From assembly GCA_040389905.1 (NCBI GenBank), contig JAZJZK010000027.1, forward strand, positions 49,800 to 113,799: a DNA stretch of 64,000 nt, written 5' to 3'. Source of the DNA: Gemmatimonadota bacterium (GTDB lineage: Bacteria > Gemmatimonadota > Gemmatimonadetes > Gemmatimonadales > Gemmatimonadaceae). The notes under the pieces are model-generated. The model was not told where the DNA came from. It did not search any database and was given only the letters and a program-made list of their open reading frames with translations. Made by a program: the position numbers and the translations under genes. Below, piece by piece: positions 1 through 9,652 of the stretch. How positions within the stretch are numbered: position 1 is the first letter of the stretch; each line of letters begins with the position of its first letter.

Positions 1-22
1 TCCTTCTTTCGCTGTTTGCACC

Positions 23-943
23 ATGATCGACGATCCGCGTGACAAGGGCGACGACGGAACGTTGCCGCGCGAGTCCAAGCGTCGCGGTGAAGGCCGGCGT
101 CTTGCCGAGCGGAAGCCGGAGAACGTGCGCGCGGCCATTCGGGACGAGCTCGCGGTCGATGAGCCTGCCGATGCGGCGATCGCCGCAAAAAAGGCCGAGC
201 GGGGCGAAGCCGAGGCGATCATCGAGCTCAGCCACGTCTTCCTTGCGTTCGATTCGCCTATTCTCGAAGACGTCTCGTTCGTTGCGCGCAAAGGGGAGAC
301 GATCTGTGTGGTCGGAGAGTCGGGTACCGGTAAGAGCACAGCGCTCAAGCTCATCCTTCGCCTACTGGTTCCAGACAAGGGATCGGTCTGTATCGATGGC
401 CAGGACATCACCGGACTCACCTTCAAGGAAGCACTCGAGGTTCGGCAGCGCATGGGCATGGTCTTCCAGGGGGCCGCGCTGTTCGACTCGATGTCCGTGT
501 TCGAGAACATCGCATACCCGTTGCGAGAGCACACGGATCTGTCCGAGGAGGAGATCGAACAGCGCGTGCGGGAGAAGCTGGATTTCGTCGATCTCGAGCC
601 GGACCGTGTCATGAGCCAATTGCCGTCGGAGCTGTCTGGGGGCATGCGGAAGCGCGTCGGCATCGCGCGCGGCATGGCCAACAATCCCGAGATCATGCTG
701 TACGACGAGCCGACCTCGGGGCTCGATCCGCTCACCACGGGCACGATTACGCGGCTGATCATGAAGCTGCAGCGAGAGCTGAACGTTACCAGCGTGGTCG
801 TTTCGCACGACATTCGCTCCGTGTTCCGCATGGCGACACGCGTTGCCGTTCTGCACGACCGAAAGATCGCCTTCTTCGGCACGCCGGAAGAGATGTCCGC
901 CTCCGACGACACTTACCTCCGCGATTTCCTCGGCGGCAACTGA
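23..943 (+). CDS. mlaF: ABC transporter ATP-binding protein, MlaF/Mkl family
   Basis: Walker A GESGTGKS, LSGGMRKRV signature, Walker B MLYDEP; upstream of an MCE gene; ~65-aa charged N-terminal extension, start uncertain. Confidence 0.88.
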   Translation: MIDDPRDKGDDGTLPRESKRRGEGRRLAERKPENVRAAIRDELAVDEPADAAIAAKKAERGEAEAIIELSHVFLAFDSPILEDVSFVARKGETICVVGESGTGKSTALKLILRLLVPDKGSVCIDGQDITGLTFKEALEVRQRMGMVFQGAALFDSMSVFENIAYPLREHTDLSEEEIEQRVREKLDFVDLEPDRVMSQLPSELSGGMRKRVGIARGMANNPEIMLYDEPTSGLDPLTTGTITRLIMKLQRELNVTSVVVSHDIRSVFRMATRVAVLHDRKIAFFGTPEEMSASDDTYLRDFLGGN

Positions 944-944
944 C

Positions 945-1922
945 ATGAAACGCTCTTCGACACTCACGTGGGACCAGCTGCGCGTCGGCCTCGTCATTCT
1001 CCTCGCCGTAGGAGTCATCGGCGTCGCCGTCTACAAGCTGGGAGAATCCGCCAATCTCTTCGCCAAGCGCTACGAACTCATTGCCTATCTGCCGGATGCA
1101 AACGGGTTGAAGGTAGGGGGCTCGGTGATGATCGCTGGCCAACTCGCCGGCATCGTGGAGAAGATCGATTTCCTTCCCGTGGATGCGGATACGACGCGCA
1201 ACCTGAAGCTCACGCTCAAGGTCGACGTCAACCTCCGCGAGCAGATCCGCCGCGACTCGCGCGGGAAGTTGCGAACACTCGGACTGTTAGGGGACAAGGT
1301 GTTCGACATTTCGCCGGGAACGCCGCGGACGCAGCCGCTCGCGGAGGGCGACACCGTCTCCATCACCGCCGTCCTCGACTATGACGCGGTCATCGCACAG
1401 GCGAGCGGTGCCGTCACGGACATGGTTTCGCTCACGCGTGACCTCCGCGCCATCACCGGCGGCATCGTCCGAGGTGAGGGCTCGCTCGGGAAACTCGTCA
1501 CGGATCGCACCCTCTACGATCAGCTCAACAACACGTTGGCGCGCGCCAATACGATGCTGGCGAGTCTTCAGAATCCCAACGGGACGATGGGACGCATGCT
1601 CAACGATCCCTCGCTCTACAACAAGCTCATTGGCGTCATCAGCTCCACCGACTCGCTGATCATGTCGATCAATTCGAGTAAGGGCACGGCGGGCATGCTG
1701 CTGCGTGATTCGACGCTCTACAAGAACATGGTGGGGATCACCGTCGGGGCGGACTCCTTGCTCAAATCCTTATCGAACGGAAAGGGAACCGTTGGCCGAT
1801 TCCTCACGGATCAGACGCTCTACGACCAGGTCAACAAACTCGTGACGGACCTGAGCGCCATTCTTGCTGACATCCGAAAGGATCCCAGCAAATACACGAA
1901 GGGCATCATCAAGGTTTTCTAG
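945..1922 (+). CDS. mlaD: MlaD/MCE family protein
   Basis: ATG 945 right after mlaF stop; N-terminal TM, GLKVGGSV..G..AG.V MCE motif, TLGLLGDK, helical repeats. Confidence 0.88.
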   Translation: MKRSSTLTWDQLRVGLVILLAVGVIGVAVYKLGESANLFAKRYELIAYLPDANGLKVGGSVMIAGQLAGIVEKIDFLPVDADTTRNLKLTLKVDVNLREQIRRDSRGKLRTLGLLGDKVFDISPGTPRTQPLAEGDTVSITAVLDYDAVIAQASGAVTDMVSLTRDLRAITGGIVRGEGSLGKLVTDRTLYDQLNNTLARANTMLASLQNPNGTMGRMLNDPSLYNKLIGVISSTDSLIMSINSSKGTAGMLLRDSTLYKNMVGITVGADSLLKSLSNGKGTVGRFLTDQTLYDQVNKLVTDLSAILADIRKDPSKYTKGIIKVF

Positions 1923-1949
1923 CACCGTCAGACATACCATGCACAGCAC

Positions 1950-1978
1950 TTGCCCCGCCACTCGCGTCGGACTAAAAT
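1950..1978 (+). promoter_or_regulatory. sigma70-like promoter for tRNA-Val
   Basis: TTGCCC-17nt-TAAAAT, 35 nt upstream of the tRNA. Confidence 0.55.
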
Positions 1979-2013
1979 CCGGATTCCGGTACCTGACAGG
2001 TATCGGAACATCC

Positions 2014-2087
2014 GGTCGCGTAGCTCAGCTGGTTAGAGCGCTGCTTTCACACAGCAGAGGTCCACGGTTCGAGTCCGTGCGTGACCA
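2014..2087 (+). tRNA. tRNA-Val(CAC)
   Basis: Cloverleaf GGTCGCG/CGTGACC, anticodon arm CTGCT-TTCACAC-AGCAG, T-loop TTCGAGT; CCA not encoded. Confidence 0.95.
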
Positions 2088-2103
2088 CTCGGTTGCCCGC
2101 AAT

Positions 2104-4626
2104 GTGAGGCGGTCACTCTTTGTGGCCGCCTCTTTGCTGCCCGGCAGCGTCGCCGTCGCGCAACTTCCGACGACGAAACCCACGGCGGCCCAGGCGCAAA
2201 CGCTCCTGCAGACCCGCCCCGATCTCGTCGCGCAACTCAGGCAGCGCTTCGCGACGGCCGGCATGACCAAGGAGCAGGTGCACGCACGCCTGCGGGCCGA
2301 GGGATATCCCGAGGACATGCTCGACGCCTACCTGCCGGGCATTACGGGGAACGCGGCCGAGCCGACCGATGATGTCTTTCGCGCCGTGCGGGCGCTCGGC
2401 ATCGCGGACGCCGAAGAGATTGCCGTGTTGCAAGGCGCGAACGCCGGTCAGGGTGTCCGAAGCAGTGGCGACGCACGCGCTGGCGTGGCAGCGGTCAGCG
2501 ACACGCTGCGTTCCGCGCGGAGCGCGACGGACAGCGCGGCGATCGTGCGCTCCGCCAACGATAGCGGGTTTACCGTGTTCGGCCTCGACATTTTCCGTGG
2601 ATCGACGACGCAATTCGATCCGAACGTCAACGGACCGATCGACGACAACTACCGGCTCGGGCCTGGTGACAAGCTCGTGTTGATCCTGACCGGCGATGTC
2701 GAGGCGAGCTACTCGCTCGATGTCACACGCGAAGGGTTCGTCGTCATTCCGTCGGTCGGCGAGGTGCACGTTGCGAGTTTGACGCTCGGCCAGTTGCGCG
2801 CACTGTTGGCATCCCGGCTTTCGCGCGTGTACTCGGGCATTCGCGCCAACAATCAGGGAACGACGCGCTTTTCGATCAACGTGGCCCGGTTGCGATCGAA
2901 TCAGGTGTACGTGCTCGGCGATGTGTTGCGCCCAGCCAGCTATGTGGTGTCGAGCGCCGGAACGGCGCTCACGGCGCTCTATGCCGCCGGCGGGCCGACG
3001 ATCAATGGCTCGCTGCGGCGCGTTGAAATCCGGAGGGCAGGCAGTAGCGCCGGAACGGTCGACCTGTACGACTACATCCTTCGTGGCGACGCCTCCCATG
3101 ATCTGCGGCTGGAAACCGGGGACGTCGTATTCGTGCCGGTTCACGGTGCGCGCGTTCGCATCGTTGGCGAGATCGCGCGGCCGGCCACCTACGAACTGCT
3201 GCCAGGGGAAACGCTCACCGACGTGGTGCGAAACGCGGGCGGGTTCCGCGTGACGGCCGCGCGGCAACGAGTACTCGTCGACCGTATCATGCCGCCCGGT
3301 GAGCGGCGCGCCCCGGGCTTCGATCGGGTCACGATCGATGTGGCATCCGAGGCGGGGCTCGCCGCCGCGGGATTCGCGCTGCAGGACGGCGACGTCGTGC
3401 ACGTCCTTGCGATTGCGGACCGTGTGCGCAATCGCATCTCGATTACGGGCAACGTCTACCAGCCGGGCGCGCAGGGCTACACGCCTGGCATGCGATTGTC
3501 CGACGCGCTGCGCAAGGCGGGCGGCCTTCAGCCGGACACGTATCTCGGACAGGTCCTCATCTCGCGTCTCCGCAGCGACTCGACGCGCGCGCAACTGCGC
3601 GCGACGCTGGCTGACACCACAGGTCGGGTGATCGATGACCCCGCGCTTCAGGAGGACGATCAGGTCACGGTGTTCTCGCTGACGTCGTTCCGGCCGGAAC
3701 GCTACGTCTCGATCGGCGGTGCGATTCGGAACGGCAACCGCTTTCCGTACCGCGAGGGGATGACGCTGCGCGACCTCATTCTTCTTGCGGGCGGCGTCCA
3801 GGAGAGCGCCTACCTGAAGGAAGCCGAGATCGCACGCCTTCCCGCGAGTCGTGACAGCGGTCGCACCGCGACGACGATTCGCGTGGCGCTTGACTCGACG
3901 TACCTCCCGGAGCGGAAGCCCAATGGCGACTACCGTGGCGCGCCCGGCCTACCAACGAGCGCGAGCGGCGCACCGGAAGTCATCCTGCAGCCGTATGACA
4001 ACGTCCTCATCCTCCGGCAACCGAGTTGGGAACTGCAGCGCACGGTCCTGCTTCAAGGCGAAGTGCGATTCCCAGGAGCCTATTCGTTGGAGACGAAAAG
4101 CGAACGGTTGTCCGACCTGATCGCGCGTGCGGGTGGGCTGACGGACGAAGCGTATGCGGACGGCATCGTCTTTCTCCGCGCACAGGGCGGTGTCGGTCGC
4201 GTTGGCGTGGATCTCTCCGCGGCGCTCAGAAGCCGAGAGAGCAGCGACAATCTCATCCTCCGCGACGGTGACAACATCACCGTGCCGGCGTTCAATTCCG
4301 TCGTTACCATTCGCGGGGCAGTGAACCAACCGTCGACGGTGGCGTATGTTCGCGGGATGGGCATCGACTACTACATTGGGGCCGCAGGAGGCGCCGCCAA
4401 GAACGGCGACGACGGCCGCGCCTATGTCGCCCAGCCGAGTGGAAAGCTCGAGTCGGTGCGCCGGCACTTTCTGCGTCCGACCTCGATGCCCCGTCCGAAA
4501 CCTGGCAGCGTCGTTACCGTTCCCGAGCTCGATCCGAGTGACAAGAAAGATTTCGTTGCGCTGGCAGGCAGTGTGGCGCAGATCATCGCGGGAACGGTCG
4601 CAATCATCGTGGCGCTTCGGCGCTGA
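2104..4626 (+). CDS. Polysaccharide export/SLBB-domain protein (Wza/KpsD-like)
   Basis: YRLGPGDKL Poly_export motif, repeated V.G.V..P..Y / LSD.I..AGG SLBB units; start reset to GTG 2104 (signal peptide) because the ORF-track start lies upstream of the tRNA. Confidence 0.82.
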   Translation: MRRSLFVAASLLPGSVAVAQLPTTKPTAAQAQTLLQTRPDLVAQLRQRFATAGMTKEQVHARLRAEGYPEDMLDAYLPGITGNAAEPTDDVFRAVRALGIADAEEIAVLQGANAGQGVRSSGDARAGVAAVSDTLRSARSATDSAAIVRSANDSGFTVFGLDIFRGSTTQFDPNVNGPIDDNYRLGPGDKLVLILTGDVEASYSLDVTREGFVVIPSVGEVHVASLTLGQLRALLASRLSRVYSGIRANNQGTTRFSINVARLRSNQVYVLGDVLRPASYVVSSAGTALTALYAAGGPTINGSLRRVEIRRAGSSAGTVDLYDYILRGDASHDLRLETGDVVFVPVHGARVRIVGEIARPATYELLPGETLTDVVRNAGGFRVTAARQRVLVDRIMPPGERRAPGFDRVTIDVASEAGLAAAGFALQDGDVVHVLAIADRVRNRISITGNVYQPGAQGYTPGMRLSDALRKAGGLQPDTYLGQVLISRLRSDSTRAQLRATLADTTGRVIDDPALQEDDQVTVFSLTSFRPERYVSIGGAIRNGNRFPYREGMTLRDLILLAGGVQESAYLKEAEIARLPASRDSGRTATTIRVALDSTYLPERKPNGDYRGAPGLPTSASGAPEVILQPYDNVLILRQPSWELQRTVLLQGEVRFPGAYSLETKSERLSDLIARAGGLTDEAYADGIVFLRAQGGVGRVGVDLSAALRSRESSDNLILRDGDNITVPAFNSVVTIRGAVNQPSTVAYVRGMGIDYYIGAAGGAAKNGDDGRAYVAQPSGKLESVRRHFLRPTSMPRPKPGSVVTVPELDPSDKKDFVALAGSVAQIIAGTVAIIVALRR

Positions 4627-4629
4627 CGC

Positions 4630-5541
4630 ATGACCGTGGAGCGCGCGCGCGTCTTTCGCGATTCGCGTGCGCCCTACGTGCTCGCAGCGGCGCTACTGGG
4701 CATCTCGATGTCCGGGCCGCTGGTTCGCCTATCGCATGCACATCCACTGGCGATCGCCACTTGGAGACTGGGCTTCTCGCTCGTCGTCATCGCGGCCATG
4801 CTGGTGCTCACCGGCGAATGGCGTGCGCTCCTGCGGTTGACGCGCGTCGAAGTCGGGATCGCGGCGGGAGCGGGCGTCATGCTCGCCTTTCACTTCTGGA
4901 GCTGGAACGCGTCCGTTCAGCTCACGAGTGTGGCCGCATCCGTCATGCTCGTGAATATGCAACCGGTCGTTGTGGCCGTGCTTTCGGCGGTCTGGTTGCA
5001 CGAGCGACCAACCTCGAGGCAATGGGCGGGGATCGTCGTCGGGATCCTGGGTGCGATCATCGTGGCGTCGCCCGACCTGCTGCATGCCCAGGGCGTGACT
5101 GCGGCGCACCCCAGGGCGATCCTTGGTGATATCCTGGCGCTCGTGGGCGCTGTGACGGCTGCCATTTACTACGTCGCAGGACGGCGGCTCCGGACGACAC
5201 TTGGGCTGTGGCCCTACGTTGCACTGGTCTACGGCGTCTGTCTACTTAGCCTGATCGCGCTTGTGTGGTTGAATGACGCCCCCCTCGCTCCCCAGCCTCC
5301 ACGCGAGTTGGGGATTTTCGTCGCCTTGGCACTCGGCCCTATGTTGCTGGGTCATACGGGACTCAACTGGGCGCTCAAGTACTCGCCGGCGTATGTCGTC
5401 AACGTCACCTTGCTCGGCGAGCCCATCGGCGCGACGCTGATCGCCGCGCTGCTGCCGGGAATACGAGAGGTTCCCGGGCCGGCGACGTTTGTCGGAGGCG
5501 CGGTGGTGTTGGCGGGGATACTCATGACGGCCCGGAAATAG
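4630..5541 (+). CDS. DMT/EamA family transporter
   Basis: ~10 hydrophobic segments in two EamA repeats, WLHERP and LGEP motifs. Confidence 0.88.
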   Translation: MTVERARVFRDSRAPYVLAAALLGISMSGPLVRLSHAHPLAIATWRLGFSLVVIAAMLVLTGEWRALLRLTRVEVGIAAGAGVMLAFHFWSWNASVQLTSVAASVMLVNMQPVVVAVLSAVWLHERPTSRQWAGIVVGILGAIIVASPDLLHAQGVTAAHPRAILGDILALVGAVTAAIYYVAGRRLRTTLGLWPYVALVYGVCLLSLIALVWLNDAPLAPQPPRELGIFVALALGPMLLGHTGLNWALKYSPAYVVNVTLLGEPIGATLIAALLPGIREVPGPATFVGGAVVLAGILMTARK

Positions 5542-5720
5542 CCTCCGTTCTCTCGGACATGATGCGCCCGACGTCAGCTGTGTCAGGTATTCAGCGATCA
5601 GCCACCGCAGGCTGCAGCTGGCTACGGGGGCACCTGCCTCATCTGAGTCCGGCGTGGCGCGAGTTTGGACGGTGAGAGCCCACGCGTGATTAGCTTTCGC
5701 CGGACCCCCACCGCGCGCGC

Positions 5721-6716
5721 ATGAAGTCCCTCTCTCTCGATGTGATCGTCACCCGCGGCGCCGTCGTCGAGTCCCGGCACCGCGTGCATGCGGCCGTCGT
5801 GAATTCTGCCGGCGACCTCACGGCCACGGCACGCGACCCGTCACTCGTCTCGCATTGGCGATCCTGCGCCAAGCCGTTTCAGATCATGCCGCTGATCGAG
5901 AGTGGCGGCTTCGATTCCGTCGGGTGGGGTGACGATCAGCTCGCGCTCGCATGCGGCTCGCATGGCGGCGAACCAGAGCACGTGGCGATTGCCCAAGCCA
6001 TGCTCTCGTCGATCGGCCTGGAGGAAGGTGACCTCGCATGCGGTCCGCACGAACCCTTGGCGAGCCGAGGGCAAAAGGTGCTCCGCGAAACGACCGGCCG
6101 ACCGACGCGCTTGCACAACAACTGCTCCGGCAAACACTCGGCGATGCTCGCGCGTGCATTGGCCGCTCGCTGGCCTACCGTCGGCTATGAACGCGAAGAT
6201 CACCCTGTGCAGCAATCCTGTCTCGCAGAAGTTGCGAAATGGACTGGCGTGCCGGCCGGTGACATTCCCCTCGCGGTCGATGGCTGCGGCTGCGTCGTGT
6301 TCGCGCTTCCCCTCGACGCGATGGCGCGCTCATACGCGCGTTTGGCCGATGGGGCGCGCCGCTCGCACGAGATTCCGTCTCGCGTCATCCACGCGATGCA
6401 AACGCGCCCGTTCCTGGTGGGTGGAAGCGATCGGTTCGACTCGGCGCTCATTGAAGTGACCAACGGCCGAGTCGTTGCCAAGGTCGGCGCGGAGGGCGTG
6501 CATTCGATCGCGTTGATCGACGACGGAATCGGAATCGCGATCAAAGTCGAGGACGGCGCCCAACGCGCCCAGTTCCCGGCCGTGATCAGCGTTCTCCAGC
6601 ATTTTGGCCAATTGCCCCGCGACCTGCCTCCCCGGCTTCTCGATTTCACCTATCGCCAGCTTCGCAACACCCGCGGGGAAATCGTTGGTGAGGTACGCCC
6701 ACTGGACGCGTCATGA
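5721..6716 (+). CDS. L-asparaginase II (Rhizobium AnsA-type, class 3)
   Basis: RSCAKP, SHGGE, NCSGKH, DGCG, AKVGAEG motifs. Confidence 0.88.
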   Translation: MKSLSLDVIVTRGAVVESRHRVHAAVVNSAGDLTATARDPSLVSHWRSCAKPFQIMPLIESGGFDSVGWGDDQLALACGSHGGEPEHVAIAQAMLSSIGLEEGDLACGPHEPLASRGQKVLRETTGRPTRLHNNCSGKHSAMLARALAARWPTVGYEREDHPVQQSCLAEVAKWTGVPAGDIPLAVDGCGCVVFALPLDAMARSYARLADGARRSHEIPSRVIHAMQTRPFLVGGSDRFDSALIEVTNGRVVAKVGAEGVHSIALIDDGIGIAIKVEDGAQRAQFPAVISVLQHFGQLPRDLPPRLLDFTYRQLRNTRGEIVGEVRPLDAS

Positions 6717-6753
6717 CCGGGAGTGCGATGCCCGCTGCGCGAACTGGGCTGGA

Positions 6754-6842
6754 TGTCATCCCGAGCGAAGTCGAGGGATCTGCACCTTCAGTCTGGGTTT
6801 AAGGTGCAGACCCTCGACTCGCGTCGCTCGCTCGGGGTGACA
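6754..6842. repeat. REP-like palindrome, family A (full copy)
   Basis: TGTCATCCCGAGCGAAGTCGAGGGATCTGCACCTT...AAGGTGCAGACCCTCGA...CGCTCGGGGTGACA; related arms at 11849, 52540, 55186. Confidence 0.85.
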
Positions 6843-6883
6843 GCGCTTGGAATTGGCCGTTTCGTGAGAGGAATTAGCCTCGC

Positions 6884-7513
6884 ATGACGACCGCACCATT
6901 GTCGACGCTCGACGAGCCGACCAGCATCCTGGTGCAGCTGGCGGCACACATCGCCGGCTCGGCCGAGCCGGAGGTTCGCGGAGCGTTCTCCGCGGCGGTC
7001 GGCCGCGTGCCGACGGAATGGGTCGAGGAACTCATCGTCCAGAGCTATCTCTTCTGCGGCTTTCCCCGCGCGCTGAATGCGGCGCGCGAGTGGCGTCGAG
7101 CGTCTTCGGAATTGGCTCCGATTACCGATGAGGGCGACGACCTGCGCCGCATCGCCGAGTGGCAGACGCGTGGACAAGTCACCTGTGCGGCCGTCTATGG
7201 CTCCATGTACGACAAGTTGCGGGTCAACGTCCGTGCCCTGCATCCTGCACTCGACGCCGCGATGCTCGTCGAAGGCTACGGCAAGATCCTGAGCCGGCCG
7301 GGGCTGGATCTTCCGCGGCGCGAACTCTGTATCGTCGCCGCGTGCGCGGTGACAGGGCAGGAGCGCCAGCTTCATTCGCACCTGCACGGCGCGCTCAACG
7401 TCGGCGTTTCCAGCGCGGCGCTCGCCGCCGCCCTCGACGCGCTCGAGTCGATTCTCGGAACCGAACGCACGAGATCGGCGCGACTCCTGCTCGCCCGGGT
7501 CGCCGCCGGGTAG
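6884..7513 (+). CDS. Carboxymuconolactone decarboxylase (CMD/AhpD-like) family protein
   Basis: YGKILSRPGLDLPRRELCIVAA..QLHSHLHGALNVG; no CxxC. Confidence 0.82.
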   Translation: MTTAPLSTLDEPTSILVQLAAHIAGSAEPEVRGAFSAAVGRVPTEWVEELIVQSYLFCGFPRALNAAREWRRASSELAPITDEGDDLRRIAEWQTRGQVTCAAVYGSMYDKLRVNVRALHPALDAAMLVEGYGKILSRPGLDLPRRELCIVAACAVTGQERQLHSHLHGALNVGVSSAALAAALDALESILGTERTRSARLLLARVAAG

Positions 7514-7602
7514 CTTTCGGATTGCACGAAAACGATGTCCCCTGCGGCAGAACGATCACGCACTCTCTGCCGGTGGGTTCTACCTTCTCTCGAGTCAACA
7601 AG

Positions 7603-8622
7603 ATGTTCATCGACCGCGTCATCGTCCGCGTCGCCGCCGGTTCCGGCGGCTCGGGCATCGCCAGCTTCCGCCGCGAAAAGTTTGCACCCATGGGCGGGCC
7701 CGATGGCGGAGACGGAGGCAAAGGAGGAGACGTCATCGTGCGTGCCGATAGTAACCTCGCGACCCTGCTCGACTACACGTACCGCAACCAGTGGGAAGCG
7801 GAACGCGGCGAGCATGGCAGCGGCTCGAACAAGACCGGCCGTTCCGGCGCCGATATCGTGCTGCCCGTTCCCCCCGGCACCATCATTCGCAACAAGGACA
7901 CGGGCGAAATCCTCGGCGAAACGCTCGAGGATGGCGACACCTTCACCGTCGCCAAGGGTGGTCGCGGCGGGAAGGGAAACTCATGGTTTGCAACCTCCGT
8001 TCACCGCAGTCCGCGAGAATGGCAGCCCGGGGAAGACGGCATCGAGTTGACCCTCGAGTTCGAGCTCAAGCTCATCGCCGATGTCGGCCTCGTGGGCCAG
8101 CCGAACGCCGGCAAATCGACGTTGCTGTCGGTGATTAGCGCGGCGACTCCCAAGATTGGCGACTATCCATTCACGACGCTTGAGCCCAACCTTGGCGTCG
8201 TGCAGATGAGCGACCAACGGACGTTCGTCGTCGCGGACATCCCCGGCATCATCGAAGGCGCGCACGAGGGGAAGGGGCTGGGCCTCCAGTTTCTGCGACA
8301 CATCGAGCGGACGCGGTTGTTGGCGTTTCTCGTCCCCATCGATTCGATGGATTGGCAGGCTGAGTACGACCAGCTCCGTGCAGAGATCGCACAGTATTCG
8401 AGTGAGTTGGCGGAAAAGCCGCATTGTGTGGTCTTCACGAAGATGGACCTGCTGGGCGAGGATGAGCCTGCCCCAATCGATGCGCCAGATGCGTTCGGCG
8501 TCTATGCGATTTCGGCCGCAGGGCGTGGAGGACTGGAGGAGCTCAAGCTCGCGTGGTGGCGCCGGTTGCTGGAGATGCGCAAAGCGTCGCTGGAGCCGGT
8601 CAAGGATGTGGTGCTGCCCTGA
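7603..8622 (+). CDS. obgE: GTPase ObgE
   Basis: MFIDRV start, Gly-rich Obg fold, GQPNAGKS, YPFTT, DIPG, TKMD. Confidence 0.96.
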   Translation: MFIDRVIVRVAAGSGGSGIASFRREKFAPMGGPDGGDGGKGGDVIVRADSNLATLLDYTYRNQWEAERGEHGSGSNKTGRSGADIVLPVPPGTIIRNKDTGEILGETLEDGDTFTVAKGGRGGKGNSWFATSVHRSPREWQPGEDGIELTLEFELKLIADVGLVGQPNAGKSTLLSVISAATPKIGDYPFTTLEPNLGVVQMSDQRTFVVADIPGIIEGAHEGKGLGLQFLRHIERTRLLAFLVPIDSMDWQAEYDQLRAEIAQYSSELAEKPHCVVFTKMDLLGEDEPAPIDAPDAFGVYAISAAGRGGLEELKLAWWRRLLEMRKASLEPVKDVVLP

Positions 8623-9464
8623 GGGTCGCTCTCCGGCGCGGCGGTGACGGCTACCCGCAGGAGCTTCTGGACTTGCCGCATCCCCCGGCCACACTCTGGG
8701 CGCGCGGCAACCTCTCCGTTCTCGCGCAGCCGTGCGTCGCCATTGTGGGAACGCGGCGGGCCACGCCGTACGCCACGCGCGTCGCGCGAGAGTTGGGCCG
8801 CTCGCTCGCGAGAGCCGGAGCATGCGTCGTCAGCGGGCTCGCCCGTGGCGTGGATGCCGAGGCGCACCGCGGAGCGCTCGATGTCGGTGGCGCGACGTGC
8901 GCGGTGCTCGGCACTGGGCTCGATGTCGTGTTTCCAAAGGGTCATGCACAACTGCAGGCCGACATCGCGGCGCGCGGCCTGCTGCTTTCGGAGCTCGAGC
9001 CGCAACACGCTGCGCACCGCGGCTCCTTCCCGAACCGAAACCGGATCATCGCCGCGTTGTCGAAGGCGACCATCGTCGTCGAAGCACCGTTGCTGAGCGG
9101 CGCGCTGATCACGTCGAGAGTCGCATTCGAACTCGGCCGGAGTGTCGGTGCTATTCCAGGTCCAATCGATGTTCCGCAATCCCAAGGCAGCAACGAGGTG
9201 CTCAGGGACTATGGCTGCGCGATCACCAGCATCACCGACGCCATTACCCTGATGGGGCTCAATGCTCCCATTCGGCTTGCGGAATTACCCGAAGGCTCCC
9301 CTGAGCGACGCATGTGGGAGGCTCTTGCCGACGGCGCGGCCGATCTCGATACGCTCTGCACGCGCTCGAGGCTTCCGGCACATGAAGGGATGGCGGCGGT
9401 GAGCGCGCTCGAGCTTCGCGGCTTGGTCGAGTGTGCGCTCACGGGAGAAATCCGGAGATCGTGA
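8553..9464 (+). CDS. dprA: DNA-processing protein DprA
   Basis: VAIVGTR, VSGLARGVD, FPNRNRIIA, SGALIT; C-terminal winged helix; true start uncertain (near obgE stop). Confidence 0.88.
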   Translation: MVAPVAGDAQSVAGAGQGCGAALRVALRRGGDGYPQELLDLPHPPATLWARGNLSVLAQPCVAIVGTRRATPYATRVARELGRSLARAGACVVSGLARGVDAEAHRGALDVGGATCAVLGTGLDVVFPKGHAQLQADIAARGLLLSELEPQHAAHRGSFPNRNRIIAALSKATIVVEAPLLSGALITSRVAFELGRSVGAIPGPIDVPQSQGSNEVLRDYGCAITSITDAITLMGLNAPIRLAELPEGSPERRMWEALADGAADLDTLCTRSRLPAHEGMAAVSALELRGLVECALTGEIRRS

Positions 9465-9493
9465 TTCGCTCTGCAACGGGCCGGTCCAACTGA

Positions 9494-9625
9494 TTGAGGA
9501 ACGGATTGGGCGGACTTGCACGGAGACCGCCGGATCATTCAATCGTTGGATCAGGAGTTTCTGTCGCATCCGGGTGAAGAAGCGATCTGGTTGTTTCCGT
9601 CGCATCCGTGAAATCCGCTCCTGAA
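9494..9625. repeat. Intergenic element with ~42-nt imperfect inverted arms, family D
   Basis: Arms 9494-9536 and 9584-9625 are approximate reverse complements; arm sequence recurs at 28423-28500. Confidence 0.72.
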
Positions 9626-9652
9626 GCAGGAATGATTCAGCGATATTCACTC

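Noticed and set aside
1864..2103. N-terminal extension of the 920-aa ORF
   Set aside because: It crosses the mlaD stop, a promoter and tRNA-Val; an artefact of longest-ORF calling.
5542..5720. Riboswitch or small gene upstream of asparaginase
   Set aside because: No consensus motif or credible ORF was seen; an Rfam search would be needed to exclude it.
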